From Alphaproteobacteria bacterium (lineage in GTDB: Bacteria > Pseudomonadota > Alphaproteobacteria > SP197): 64,000 bases of DNA. The position numbers and the translations under genes are program-made. The DNA lies in assembly GCA_964291265.2 (NCBI GenBank), contig OZ219747.1, forward strand, positions 2,144,001 to 2,208,000. Reading direction: 5' to 3'. Positions 21,109 to 31,446 of the stretch are shown here, piece after piece (positions within the stretch are counted from its first letter, which is position 1; each line of letters begins with the position of its first letter). Below the pieces are notes generated by a model. It was given only the letters and a program-made list of their open reading frames with translations. It was not told where the DNA came from and did not search any database.

Positions 21109-22510
21109 TCACTGACATACCCTTCTGCGACATCGTCGTCGATCAGGACCTGATCCCGCTCGTCCGGGGCACTGTAACCGGCGCCGACACCGGTACGTAT
21201 GGTCACGATGTGTATGGTCACGATGTCGCCGATTTCGAGCGGCATCATTCCCTTGCTCGCCACGTCGGTGATCCTGCCGTCGTGTTCGACTCAGCATGAT
21301 GTCCGCCTCCCATCGTGGCCGCCGAAGAGGTCGGCCGGCGCCAAGCGGAACCAGTCGGCATAGAGGGTCAGAGCGCAGCCCGGTTCGAGAACCTCTTACA
21401 CCCGGTCCTCCCCAAGCCGCCCCGCCGCTGTCGACGCGCAGGGTGCAGGCGGAAGAAGAAGTACTCGAGATCCAGAGCCTCGAACCGGTGTATTGGTGCA
21501 TTGGTGCAGTTGGCCAGGGGGCTGGCAAGTGCGCTCTCACCGGCTTTGTACGCCGAGGCGCCGGAGCCGCTGCCGAGCTCCTCCGTGACAACCTGGCAGT
21601 GCCGGCCGTCGAAGCGCGTCGGTGAGCGCCGGTGGTGTCGTAACCGCGGGCGGTGACACGCTCCGGAACGGCGCTGACAAGAGCCTTCATGACGGCATTG
21701 CTGCCCTGTGACAGGTTTCCCATGCGGGCATGAACCGGCGTCGGGCATTGTGGGTTGAGCAGGCAGGGATAGGGCATGCGGAGCGTCACGGGCTGTGTCA
21801 TGTCTTGATTGAAGGAGGCATCGGGGCTGGCGAGTGTCGCCTTGATCGCTGCATAGGTGGCCGATGCGGTCGAGGAAAGGGGGCTGTTGAGGTTGCAGAC
21901 CAACTTCACCCGCGGTTCCGGCAAAGTAGCCTCGATCCGGTCTTCGTCGATGTGATGGCCACGCGCACGGGTCGTGGCTGGTCGTGGACGCCGTCGTCAT
22001 CGACCGCATCCGCTCCGTGCCACGCGCCCTCGGGGACGCCCGCGATCTCCCTTCTCATGCGCCGCTCGGAACAGGCGATGAGCTCTGCCATCGCTTCGCC
22101 GGCCCGGTCCAATCCGTGTCTGGTGGACAGGTGCGCACGAGGTGTTCTGCACCCAGGGCGTTGTTGGCGGCGAGCTGCGCATTGACATCACCGGTGGTGG
22201 GCCGGGGCGCGCGGATGTTGGCAGCGACAAGGCGCTGCAGCGGTCCGCCATGCCAGTGGCGCCTATCGAGGCCAGCACGAGGGCGGCAGGCGCAGACCTT
22301 GATTGTTTCCGCCATCGAGTCGGGGTGCATGGGCAACATACCGGCCTCGGCGACGTTTCGTCCTGCGGGATCGAGCAGCGCGGCAGAGGCATCGGCCGCC
22401 TCGCGGGCGACAGTGAAACTAGGGCCGAGCGCACGAGCTTCGAGCCCGTTTCATGTGCCGCGGCGATGATATCCCGGTTGATGACCGCCTGATCGATGAC
22501 ATCGAGCATC
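21109..22510 (-). pseudogene. Decayed hydantoinase B paralog
   Basis: Fragments LDVIDQAVINRDIIAAAHETGSKLVRSA, GADAVDDDGV, NLNSPLSST and SPLANCTNAP in shifting frames, colinear with the intact neighbour; 15-bp tandem duplication near 21197. Confidence 0.85.
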
Positions 22511-22715
22511 AAGGAGAACGCCTCCGCCATGCCGCTCATCCATAACCATGTTCTCACGTTCGTGCCGGGATGTCTCGCGCGGGCGGTCGATATACGTGTT
22601 TTTCGGGAATGCCGCCACCTGCTATCATGGACCGTGACGGGGCGGACGCGGCGTACATCCTCACAACGCCAACCGCCTTGCGTGATTGGGCGCCGTCGAC
22701 GCACCGGGGGGATCC

Positions 22716-23978
22716 ATGGGTGAACGCGGTCATGTGACGGTCATCGGGGCAGGTGTCGTGGGCGTGGCGACGGCTCTTTGCCTTGTCCGTGACGGATTTG
22801 ACGTGAGCGTGATCGATCGCGACGGACCCGGCGAGAACTGCTCCTTCGGCAACGCCGGCATGATCTGCGATACCAGTTCGGCCCTGCCCCTGCCGTCATC
22901 GAGCGTCATCCGGGAACTGCCCCGAATGCTGATGGATCGCAAGAGCAGTCTTCACATCCGCTGGAGCTACCTGCCAGCGCTGATGCCCTGGCTCCTCGTG
23001 TTCATGAAGAGCGCCGGGGCCGGCCAACGGCTTCACAATGGCCGAACCTTCCATGCCCTGCTCGAAGGCGCCGTTGAATCCTGGGAGCGGCTTGTCGACG
23101 GAACAAAAGGAGCGGCGCTGATCCGCAAGCGCGGACTCGCCATCGTCTACGAAACCGAACGCGGCTTTACGTCGGCGGCTGCGGATCGCGCCATCCTGCG
23201 GGAGCTCGGCGCCACGTTCACTGAGCTCGATGGCGTCGAAATGCGCCAGAGCGAGCCACAGATATCCGATGTCGTGGCAGCCGCAGCCTTTATTCCCGGC
23301 GTCAATCACACGGTCAATCCCTACCGTCTCACGTGCGCGGTTGCCGACAGCGTGGTGGCCGCCGGAGGAGTGGTCGAGACGGCGACGGTGACGGGGATCG
23401 AGGTGAGCGACGGCAGGGTGCGGACACTGCAGACCACTGCTGGGAACAGGAAGGTGGATCGTCTGGTGGTGTCCGCAGGAGCGTGGTCGGGGCGTCTGGC
23501 AAAGATGCTCGGGTTCCGTGTCCTGCTCGATACCGAGCGGGGGTATCATACCGTTTTTCACGGTACCGACAGCGGGCTGCGCCTGCCTCTCATTCATGGA
23601 GAACAGGGTTTCGGCATGAACCAGATGGACGAGGGGCTTCGTATCGCCGGAAGTGTCGAGATGGCGGGTATCGATGCCCCCGCAAACTACGCGCGCGCCG
23701 ACATCCTGGTCGAAAGGGGACGCGGTCTGTTGCGCAACTTCAGGCCTGATCCTTCGGCGAAGATCACCCGATGGATGGGTCGCCGGCCCACTTTGCCCGA
23801 TTACCTCCCCGCGCTCGGCAAGGTCGACGGCCTGATGAACACGTGGTTCAACTTTGGGCACCAGCATCTGGGCCTGACCCTGGCGGCGCGCAGCGGCGAG
23901 GTGATGGCGAATCTTGTGGCGGGCCGTGATCCCGGCCTTGACCTTGGCGCATTCAGACCGGATCGTTTCCACGGGTAA
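22716..23978 (+). CDS. FAD-dependent D-amino acid dehydrogenase (DadA-like)
   Basis: VIGAGVVG, SFGNAG, ERGYH, WMGRRPTLPD and GHQHLGLT motifs. Confidence 0.9.
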   Translation: MGERGHVTVIGAGVVGVATALCLVRDGFDVSVIDRDGPGENCSFGNAGMICDTSSALPLPSSSVIRELPRMLMDRKSSLHIRWSYLPALMPWLLVFMKSAGAGQRLHNGRTFHALLEGAVESWERLVDGTKGAALIRKRGLAIVYETERGFTSAAADRAILRELGATFTELDGVEMRQSEPQISDVVAAAAFIPGVNHTVNPYRLTCAVADSVVAAGGVVETATVTGIEVSDGRVRTLQTTAGNRKVDRLVVSAGAWSGRLAKMLGFRVLLDTERGYHTVFHGTDSGLRLPLIHGEQGFGMNQMDEGLRIAGSVEMAGIDAPANYARADILVERGRGLLRNFRPDPSAKITRWMGRRPTLPDYLPALGKVDGLMNTWFNFGHQHLGLTLAARSGEVMANLVAGRDPGLDLGAFRPDRFHG

Positions 23979-23997
23979 TGGATGGAGACCGGGTGCC

Positions 23998-24498
23998 ATG
24001 AGCCGTGCCTTTGTCCGGGAGACGGACGCCGACAGCGTCGTCGACGCCCTCCCCGAACTTCCCCAGGAGCCGATTCCCAACTATGTCACGCCGGAAGGCA
24101 TGGTCATGCTTGAGGACTGGCTTGACCGGCTGCGCCAGGAACGCGATGCGCTGGAGGTTGATCAGACCAGCATGATCGGGCGCAACCAGTTGGCTCATGT
24201 CAGACGCGATCTGCGCTATGTGGAAGGACGCATCGACCACGCTGTGGTGGTGGATCCGGCCGCACAACCTGCCAGCAAGGTGGCGTTTGGCGCCCGGGTT
24301 GACGTGCTGGACGAAGACGGGGAGCACCGCACCTGGCGCATCGTCGGTGAGAACCAGGCGGACATCGGCAAGAGCATGGTGAGTTGGGTCTCACCCCTGG
24401 CACGCGCGCTCATCGGCGCCGAAGTGGGCGACACCGTCATCTGGCGGCGCCCTGCGGGCGACCTCGAACTCGAGATCACCTCCATCAGCTTCGTGTAG
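23998..24498 (+). CDS. GreA/GreB family transcription elongation factor
   Basis: MSRAFVRE, NYVTPEG, VAFGARV, IVGE and SWVSPLARALIG motifs. Confidence 0.9.
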   Translation: MSRAFVRETDADSVVDALPELPQEPIPNYVTPEGMVMLEDWLDRLRQERDALEVDQTSMIGRNQLAHVRRDLRYVEGRIDHAVVVDPAAQPASKVAFGARVDVLDEDGEHRTWRIVGENQADIGKSMVSWVSPLARALIGAEVGDTVIWRRPAGDLELEITSISFV

Positions 24499-24619
24499 CT
24501 GACTCGCGCCGGATTTCTGCATTTCCGTGTGTGTTCCGCAGCACCATCCGACAGCGGTCCCTCACCACGCGCGGTCGGCCGTCTGAAGCACATCGAGTCA
24601 GCCCGGCACCTCGCGCTGC

Positions 24620-26062
24620 CGCATGACCCGAAACACCCGTCTTCCGTTGGCGGAGCCGCGGCGGTCAGCGGCCCGAACCATGGGCGGCGCTGTGACGGGG
24701 GGAGTTCGCATGGCCGCGCTCAACACCTTCGAGAGGTCCGTCGCGCCCGCCGCTGTGACCGAAGCGATCTCCGGCGGGGACCTGCGCCGTCATCCGCGAC
24801 ATGCTCGATGCCGACAGCCTGGCCCTCCTGCGCCGGGCGCTCGGCAGCTTCCGCGGTCCGGGCGCGGTGGAGATGTTCAGGGACCGGTTCGTCCGGGGAT
24901 GCCTCGACAACGGCTACGACGGCGCGTTCGCCGAAAGCTGCTTCCGGCAGCTCCAAGGCTTCTTCGGATACGGCTTCCCGGAAAACCACGCGGCGAGCTT
25001 CGCGCTGCTCGTCTACGCGTCGGCCTGGCTCAAGCGCAATCATCCGGAAGCCTTTGCTTGTGCGTTGCTGAACGCCCTGCCCATGGGGTTCTACGCGCCG
25101 GCGCAGATCGTGCGCGACGCTCGGAAGCACGGCGTCGACGTCCGCCCGGTCTGCATCGAGCGGAGCTACTGGGACCACGTGCTCGAACCCTCGGCGGACG
25201 GCGGCCTTGCGGTACGTCTCGGCTTCCGCCAGATCAAGGCTTCCGCGAGGAGGACGGGCTCCGGCTCGCCGCCGCCCGCGGCAACGGATACCGCTCGGTC
25301 GACGCGGTGTGGCGTCGGGCCGGCCTCGCCGGGGCGGACGCATTCGCGGAGCACGGACTTGGCCGCAGGGACGCGCTGTGGGCGGTCAAGGGGCTGGTGC
25401 AGAGCGTCCGCTGCCGCTGTTCGAGCAGACCGGAGAGGGCCTGCCGGAGGTCCCGACCCGCTGCCGCCAATGTCCGCGTGGCAGGAAGTGTTCGAGGATC
25501 ACGTCTCGATGCGCCTCAGCCTGCAGGAGCACCCCGTGTCGCTGCTCGCGCCCGCACTCGGCCGGGTTATCGACGCGGCGGAAATCCGCAATACGCCCGA
25601 CGGGGTGTGGGTGACGGTGGCTGGCCTCGTCATGACCCGGCAGCGCCCCAGCACCGCGAGCGAGGTGGTATTCATCACTCACGAAGACCAGACCACCCCG
25701 GCGTCGCCAGCATCGTCTGGTCGAAGACATTCGAGAAGCACCAGCGGCAAGTCATGGCCGGGCGGTTACTCCGCATCCGCGGCAGGCTCCAGCGCGAAGG
25801 GATCGTCGCCCACGAGGTCTCATCAAGGATAGGGGACCTGTCCGTTCTGCTCGCCCCCCTCGGCGGTCCGCCATCCGGCGCCGCCGGTATCCGCCTCTTC
25901 CGGGCGCCGACGACATCGGACGGCCTGCCTCCGGCGGCGAGAACCTGCGCCCGCGGTCGGAAGCAGTCACGTTGGCGCTGCAACGCGCCGGCCGGGCTGC
26001 CGGCGCAACTGCATCCTCGCGAACAAGAGAAGGCGCCGTTCGGCAGCCGCGATTTCCGTTGA
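24620..26062 (+). pseudogene. dnaE2: Error-prone DNA polymerase DnaE2, 3' remnant with frameshifts
   Basis: GYGFPENHAASFALLVYASAWLK, LLNALPMGFYAPAQIVRDARKHG, RQRPSTA and terminal SRDFR across several frames; N-terminus absent. Confidence 0.9.
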
Positions 26063-26365
26063 CCGGGGATGTGGCGGCCGCAGCGGCTGCCGGGGCCCGA
26101 CAACACCCGGCGCCGGTGTGCATGCGGGCCTGGAGGTCAACCCGACAGGGCCGCAGCGATCGTTGCGGTCGGCATGACCATGCGGTGGGGACCCGCGTCA
26201 TGCCCGACGGGTCGAGGATCGGCAAGGCCGTGCTGTGGTGGCTGGGGGATTGACGCGGCGGAACCGACGGTCGAGGAATGCTGGTCTCCGGCGGGCGGCG
26301 TCGTGGGCACCGGTCCGATTGATACCGCTCCTGGCAGGGCGCGAGGAAAGCGAGATGGGTTCGAC

Positions 26366-27229
26366 ATGTTGCACATTGCGGGAATGCCGCCCGTCTACGA
26401 CCGCTGGCTGAATGGCGTGATGCCGGCCCGGGCCGGTCTGAAGGCGGATCGAATCACTGTGCTGCGCGTCATGCCGGCCTGGGAGGGCGGGGCGCTCCGC
26501 CTGGTGTTCGATCTGACGGGCGCCGACATCGCCTGCTCGCCGACGGTGCAGAACGCGTTCGTGCTGATGCGCGCCGCCGGGGAGGTGGACGGGCTGGAAC
26601 TGACCGCCCGGGGCCACCTGAGGCTGGAGACCGTGTCGGCCATGCGCGAGGCGATGGACTGGCCCGGCTGCCTGTTCGAGGAGAGATTGCGCGCCGGCAA
26701 GCGGCTGGGGGAAGGCCACGTCGAGGAACTGCGGTTGCTCCGGGAGCTGCTGACGATGGACAGCCTGCTGATCCGAAAGCACGGCAGACTCAGGGTCGGG
26801 GCGGACGGGCGCCGTGTGCTCAAGGGCGCGCGGGAGCGCGTTCAACGGGACTTCTTCCGTTCCGGCACTGCTTCTGGGAAGTGAGCCCGAGCCTGTTCGG
26901 TGAGCCCGAATGCGGATATTGGCCCCAGCCGCAGTTCGGGCCGGCGCTGTGGGTTCTTTCAACGATCGGGGGCCGCTGGCAGAACACGGCGACGCTGATG
27001 CGTCTCAGCGTGCTGCCGGACGGCGGTGCTGCGCAATCCGGACAGGGCGCCGCCGGTGTTGTTGGTGCTGCGCCTGCTGCAGCCGCTGCGCTGGTTCGGA
27101 TTGGTCGAATGCCGCGGTGAGGATGCGACGCTGACGGACCACGGCGAGTGGCGCAAGACACCGATGTTCGACCGGTTCGTGCAGTTCGATCCCGACCCGT
27201 TTGGAATCGGCAAGGTCACCGTGCACTGA
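26366..27229 (+). pseudogene. Frameshifted hypothetical gene
   Basis: Coding-like segments continue across three frames (LELTARGHL...; WPQPQFGPALWVLS; LLQPLRWFGLVE...KTPMFDRFVQF). Confidence 0.5.
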
Positions 27230-27630
27230 CACGGGCGGCGATACGGGGAAGACCGGCCTGCACGATCCGGCGGGCTGCCCCTGCCAGCGAAGCCAGGGCA
27301 ACATGAAAGCCGCCAGGCTCGGCGAACAGGTCGATGAAGCGAAGGAGGCTCATGTTCATTCAGCCCTTGTGCGGCCGTCCGTCACAGGTCCGCTTCGCAG
27401 ACGGCAGCCCGGGGCCAATCAGCACCACCGGTACTCGCGCCGGATTGCCGAGCGCCGCCAGTGCCGCAGTGCACTGACATACGGCTCCCGAGCCCTTTCC
27501 ACCCTCACCGAAGCTTGCCGATCAGGGGGAGAATCGAGCGCTTGCAACAGCTGCCGGCACGGAATAAACTGTCGGCTCGTCATGCCTTCATGCCCTGCCA
27601 TGGAGGCCCATCCATCGAGGAGCGAGCGCG

Positions 27631-30111
27631 ATGACACAGCATGTTTCCCGAACCGGCGGCGCCGGCGACGACACCCTGACGGGCGGCATCGGCGACGATA
27701 CGCTGATCGGTGGCCTCGGAGACGACATCCTGACCGGCGGCGCCGGGGACGACACGCTGACGGGCGGAACCGCAAGCCCGGGTACCGACGCGAGCTTTCT
27801 CGACATGAACCCCGGCAGTTCGGACGATGACACGCTGGACGGCGGTGCGGGCGACGACACGCTGGACGGCGGCGCGGGCGCCGACACGCTCACCGGCGGC
27901 GCCGGGGACGACACGCTCTATGGCGGCAACGGTGACGACACGCTCGACGGGGGTGACGGCATCGACAGCCTGTTCGGCGGTCAGGGCGACGACCGGCTGA
28001 CGGGCGGCCGAGGCAACGACTACCTCTATGGTGGCCTGGGGGCCGATGTCTTCGCCTTCGCGGTGGGGGACGGGGCCGACACCATGACCGGTTTCGAGTC
28101 CGGCGACATCATCGAGATCGCCGGCGTGTCCGGCGGCCTCGGGGACCTGGTGATCGAGCAGGACGGCTCCAATACCGTCATCCGCTACGGTGATGGCGAC
28201 AAGATCACGCTGGAGAACGTGACGGCGTCCTCCCTGGGCGCGGACGACTTCCGGTTTCCGGATGCCGGGACCGCACCGCCGGAGGCTGGCGGCGAGGAGG
28301 CTGTCTCGCCGGACGCCCTGGCACAGGGTGCACCGCCGGAGGGCACGTCCGGCGACGCCTCGAGCGGCGGGCCTGCTGGCGGCGAGGTGCTGAAGGGCGG
28401 CAAGGGCGCCGACACGCTGACCGGCGGTGATGGCGACGACACCCTGCGTGGCTACAGGGGCGCCGACACGCTGACCGGTGGGGCCGGCGACGACCTCCTC
28501 TATGGCGGCCTGGGCGCCGACACGCTGACCGGCGGGGCTGGCGACGACACCCTGGGGGGCGGCAAGGGCAATGACACGCTGATGGGCGGAGCTGGCGACG
28601 ACACCCTGCGCGGCGCCAGGGGCGCCGACATGCTGACCGGCGGGGCCGGCGACGACACGCTGGCCGGTGGCAAGGGCGCCGACACCTTCGTGTTCGCGGC
28701 GGGAGACGGCGATGACACGATTACCGACTTCGGGGGTGGCGACAGGATTCGCCTGGATGGCGTATCCGGCGGGTTCACGGCGCTGGTCATCGAACAGGAC
28801 GGCGCCGATGCCGTCATTCGCTACGGTGATGGTGGCGACACGATCAGGCTGTCGGGCGTCTCGGCGGGCGGCCTGGACGCGGACGACTTCATCCTGCCTG
28901 CCGGCGGTGAAACGGGCGTGTACGGTGCCAGTACGAGCGACGACGACAACGACGGCGGCAATCCCCTCGACAACGGGAACGACGGCGGCAATCCCCTCGA
29001 TGGCGGGAACGATGGAAACGATGCGGATGATGGGGACGACGAGGACACGATCCCGGGCACCTCGGGCGATGGGACGATCGATGTCGAGAACACTGGGGAC
29101 GGCGGCGACGACGGCGGCGACTCGGATGCCGGCGGAGACGACGAGGACGAGGACGATGACGACAGCTGCAATGGCCCGGGCGAGCTTCCTCGCATCGTCG
29201 GTTCGGGTCAGACCGGATACAGCATACTCCATGGCACCGAGGACTCGGAGTTCATCTACGGCGGTGCCGGATGGGTCTGGAACACGATCTACGGCCACGG
29301 CGGTCATGACACGATAGCAGGCGGCTACGGAAGCGATGTGCTGGTTGGCGGCAAGGGCAACGACTGGCTTCGCGGTGACTGGGGGGGGTGGGTCTACGGC
29401 GACACCTACATTTTCAATCCGGGCGACGGTTTCGACTACCTGTTCGAGCTGAGAAAGGAGGACACGATCGAGTTTCACTTCGGCGATCAAGACATGGGTC
29501 CCTTCCAGTTCGTCGATCACCAGGCGCGCTACTCCATGGATGCGGTCATCGTTTACGGCGATGGTGGCACGTCGGACGGCACCATCCTCTCGCACACCGG
29601 CTTCGCCTGCGTGCTGCAGGTGGACGGCGGCGCGGGCGGCGGAACCGTCCGGATCGGCGACATGTCGCTGGCCCAGCTCAAGGCCTCCGGGATCGGCTTC
29701 ACCGTCCGGGGCGGTAACGGCGACAATACGCTCCACGGCGCCTTCGGCCGGGACATCCTCCAGGGCCTCGGGGGCGACGACACGCTCCACGGCTACGATC
29801 GGGACGACCGGCTTTCGGGGGGGACGGGCGACGACACGCTGATCGGGGGCAAAGGCAACGACCTGCTCCACGGCGGCGCCGGCGCCGACCGTTTCGTCTT
29901 CGACAGCGAGTCCGGGACCGACCGCATCCTGGACTTCGAGGACGGCACCGACATCTTGGTCATCCGTGGGAATCTCCAATTCTCCGATCTCGACATCAAG
30001 CAGAGCGGACGCAACGCCGTGATCGGCGATCCCGACAACACATTCTCGATCGTGGTCGAGAACATTCAGGCGTCGCAGCTGACCGAGACCGATTTCGACT
30101 TCACGGGCTGA
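27631..30111 (+). CDS. RTX / hemolysin-type calcium-binding repeat protein (likely type I secreted)
   Basis: Many GGxGxDxL nonapeptides, repeated GADxFxF...DxIxDF modules, Asp-rich linker, C-terminal DFDF. Confidence 0.92.
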   Translation: MTQHVSRTGGAGDDTLTGGIGDDTLIGGLGDDILTGGAGDDTLTGGTASPGTDASFLDMNPGSSDDDTLDGGAGDDTLDGGAGADTLTGGAGDDTLYGGNGDDTLDGGDGIDSLFGGQGDDRLTGGRGNDYLYGGLGADVFAFAVGDGADTMTGFESGDIIEIAGVSGGLGDLVIEQDGSNTVIRYGDGDKITLENVTASSLGADDFRFPDAGTAPPEAGGEEAVSPDALAQGAPPEGTSGDASSGGPAGGEVLKGGKGADTLTGGDGDDTLRGYRGADTLTGGAGDDLLYGGLGADTLTGGAGDDTLGGGKGNDTLMGGAGDDTLRGARGADMLTGGAGDDTLAGGKGADTFVFAAGDGDDTITDFGGGDRIRLDGVSGGFTALVIEQDGADAVIRYGDGGDTIRLSGVSAGGLDADDFILPAGGETGVYGASTSDDDNDGGNPLDNGNDGGNPLDGGNDGNDADDGDDEDTIPGTSGDGTIDVENTGDGGDDGGDSDAGGDDEDEDDDDSCNGPGELPRIVGSGQTGYSILHGTEDSEFIYGGAGWVWNTIYGHGGHDTIAGGYGSDVLVGGKGNDWLRGDWGGWVYGDTYIFNPGDGFDYLFELRKEDTIEFHFGDQDMGPFQFVDHQARYSMDAVIVYGDGGTSDGTILSHTGFACVLQVDGGAGGGTVRIGDMSLAQLKASGIGFTVRGGNGDNTLHGAFGRDILQGLGGDDTLHGYDRDDRLSGGTGDDTLIGGKGNDLLHGGAGADRFVFDSESGTDRILDFEDGTDILVIRGNLQFSDLDIKQSGRNAVIGDPDNTFSIVVENIQASQLTETDFDFTG

Positions 30112-30218
30112 TCTTTCCGGATAACCGTGCTTGGTGGCGTCCTCACCCGTGGTTCCGTGCGCCACCCCGCCGACCGCGACGGCGGCACACGCTGATTGTT
30201 CGCGCTATGGTCGGGCGC

Positions 30219-30830
30219 ATGGACGACCCTGTTTCGATTCCCAGCGCGCTTTCCTCGCCACAAGGCATGGCGAAGTTGTCGCGGATTCTGGCGCAGCCGG
30301 AGGTCTCACGTGCCGAGATCGGCCGCAGGGTATGCGACGCTTTCGGCTTTGTTGACTTTCGCGGGCGACCGCAGGTCACGAGTTGCCTTTGTTGCCCTTC
30401 GCCGTCTTGAGCGGGCGGGCAGGATCGTTCTTCCTTCGCCCCGCCGTGGCGGCGGCCGGGGTGCCGTGGCTCGCAGGGAGGTGGCGGTTGCCGAGCCTGT
30501 GGGCCTTCCGGCGAGCGCCGGTGCGGCCTGAGGGCCTTGAGCTTGTCCGGGTCGAGGGATCGGAGCTTCGGCTGATCTTCAACGAGCTGATGGCGTCGGA
30601 GCATCCGCGCAGCGCCCGTCTTCACGTCGGCCGTCAGCTGCGCTACCTGATAGGATCGTCGCATGGCTGGCTCGGCGGGTTCCTGTTTGCTCCGGCGACG
30701 CGGGTCCTGGCGGCGCGGGATGCCTGGCTTGGCTGGGACGATGCGAGCCGCGAGCGGCATCTCGACGAGGTGATCGGTCTGGCGCGATTCCTGATTCTTC
30801 CATCCGTTTGCGTACGTTATCTTGCGTCGC
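30219..30830 (+). pseudogene. DruA/DUF4338-like fragment (probable IS4-type transposase N-terminus)
   Basis: FNELMASEHP...GRQLRYLIGS...ARDAWLGW...RFLILPSVCVRYLAS parallels the N-terminus of the 51723-54014 protein; frameshifted. Confidence 0.75.
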
Positions 30831-30845
30831 TCTCTCTCCTGCTTG

Positions 30846-31144
30846 ACAAACGCCGCCATCGCCATCGTGCGCTGCGGCGGACATTTCGACTACATGCCCG
30901 AAGCCAACCGGCACGACGCCGCCCGCGCCCAGGACGCACTCGACGCTATCCTCATCCCGCCCGGCGGATGAACCTTCGCTCCTGACCCCGCGCCACAAGC
31001 CGGGAACGCGCCGCCTGACGGCGCAACAGGACAGCTCTGTTCGCACACTCGAAAAAACGTGCCTGGTGAGCCCTGATGCATCAGCGGTGGCCACTGAAGC
31101 CAGCCCACAGTGAACCCGGGCGCCTCAACCATGCCAGGCCCCTG
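30846..31144 (+). pseudogene. Possible ISAs1-type transposase tail and right end
   Basis: NAAIAIVRCGGHFDYMPEANRHDAARAQDALDAIL-stop followed by a CCCTG end motif; recognised from memory only. Confidence 0.4.
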
Positions 31145-31277
31145 TCACATCAACAATCCACAGGACTGACAAAAGAATGGTCCTGGCGTGATGCGGTTGA
31201 CGGGCCAGGGCCAAGTCGGCTAGTCTGTATGGGACGTGCATGGAGGGGCGGGGCCCCTCAGCCTGGGGGCAAGACCC

Positions 31278-31403
31278 ATGAAGATTGTCAATTCCCTGCG
31301 CTCGATGAAGAAGCGCCACGCGAAGTGCCGCACCGTGCGACGCAAGGGGCGTGTCTACGTCATCAACAAGCAGAACCCCAGGTTCAAGGCACGCCAGGGT
31401 TGA
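31278..31403 (+). CDS. rpmJ: 50S ribosomal protein L36 (type B); absent from the ORF track because it is under 60 aa
   Basis: [41 protein letters not shown]. Confidence 0.97.
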   Translation: MKIVNSLRSMKKRHAKCRTVRRKGRVYVINKQNPRFKARQG

Positions 31404-31446
31404 ATCACCAGGGCCGGGCGGTTGCCGGAGTTCACGGACACCTGAC

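Noticed and set aside
27650-28700. Regular 27/54-bp repeats as a CRISPR array
   Set aside because: They are in-frame RTX nonapeptide codons with no unique spacers, and there are no cas genes.
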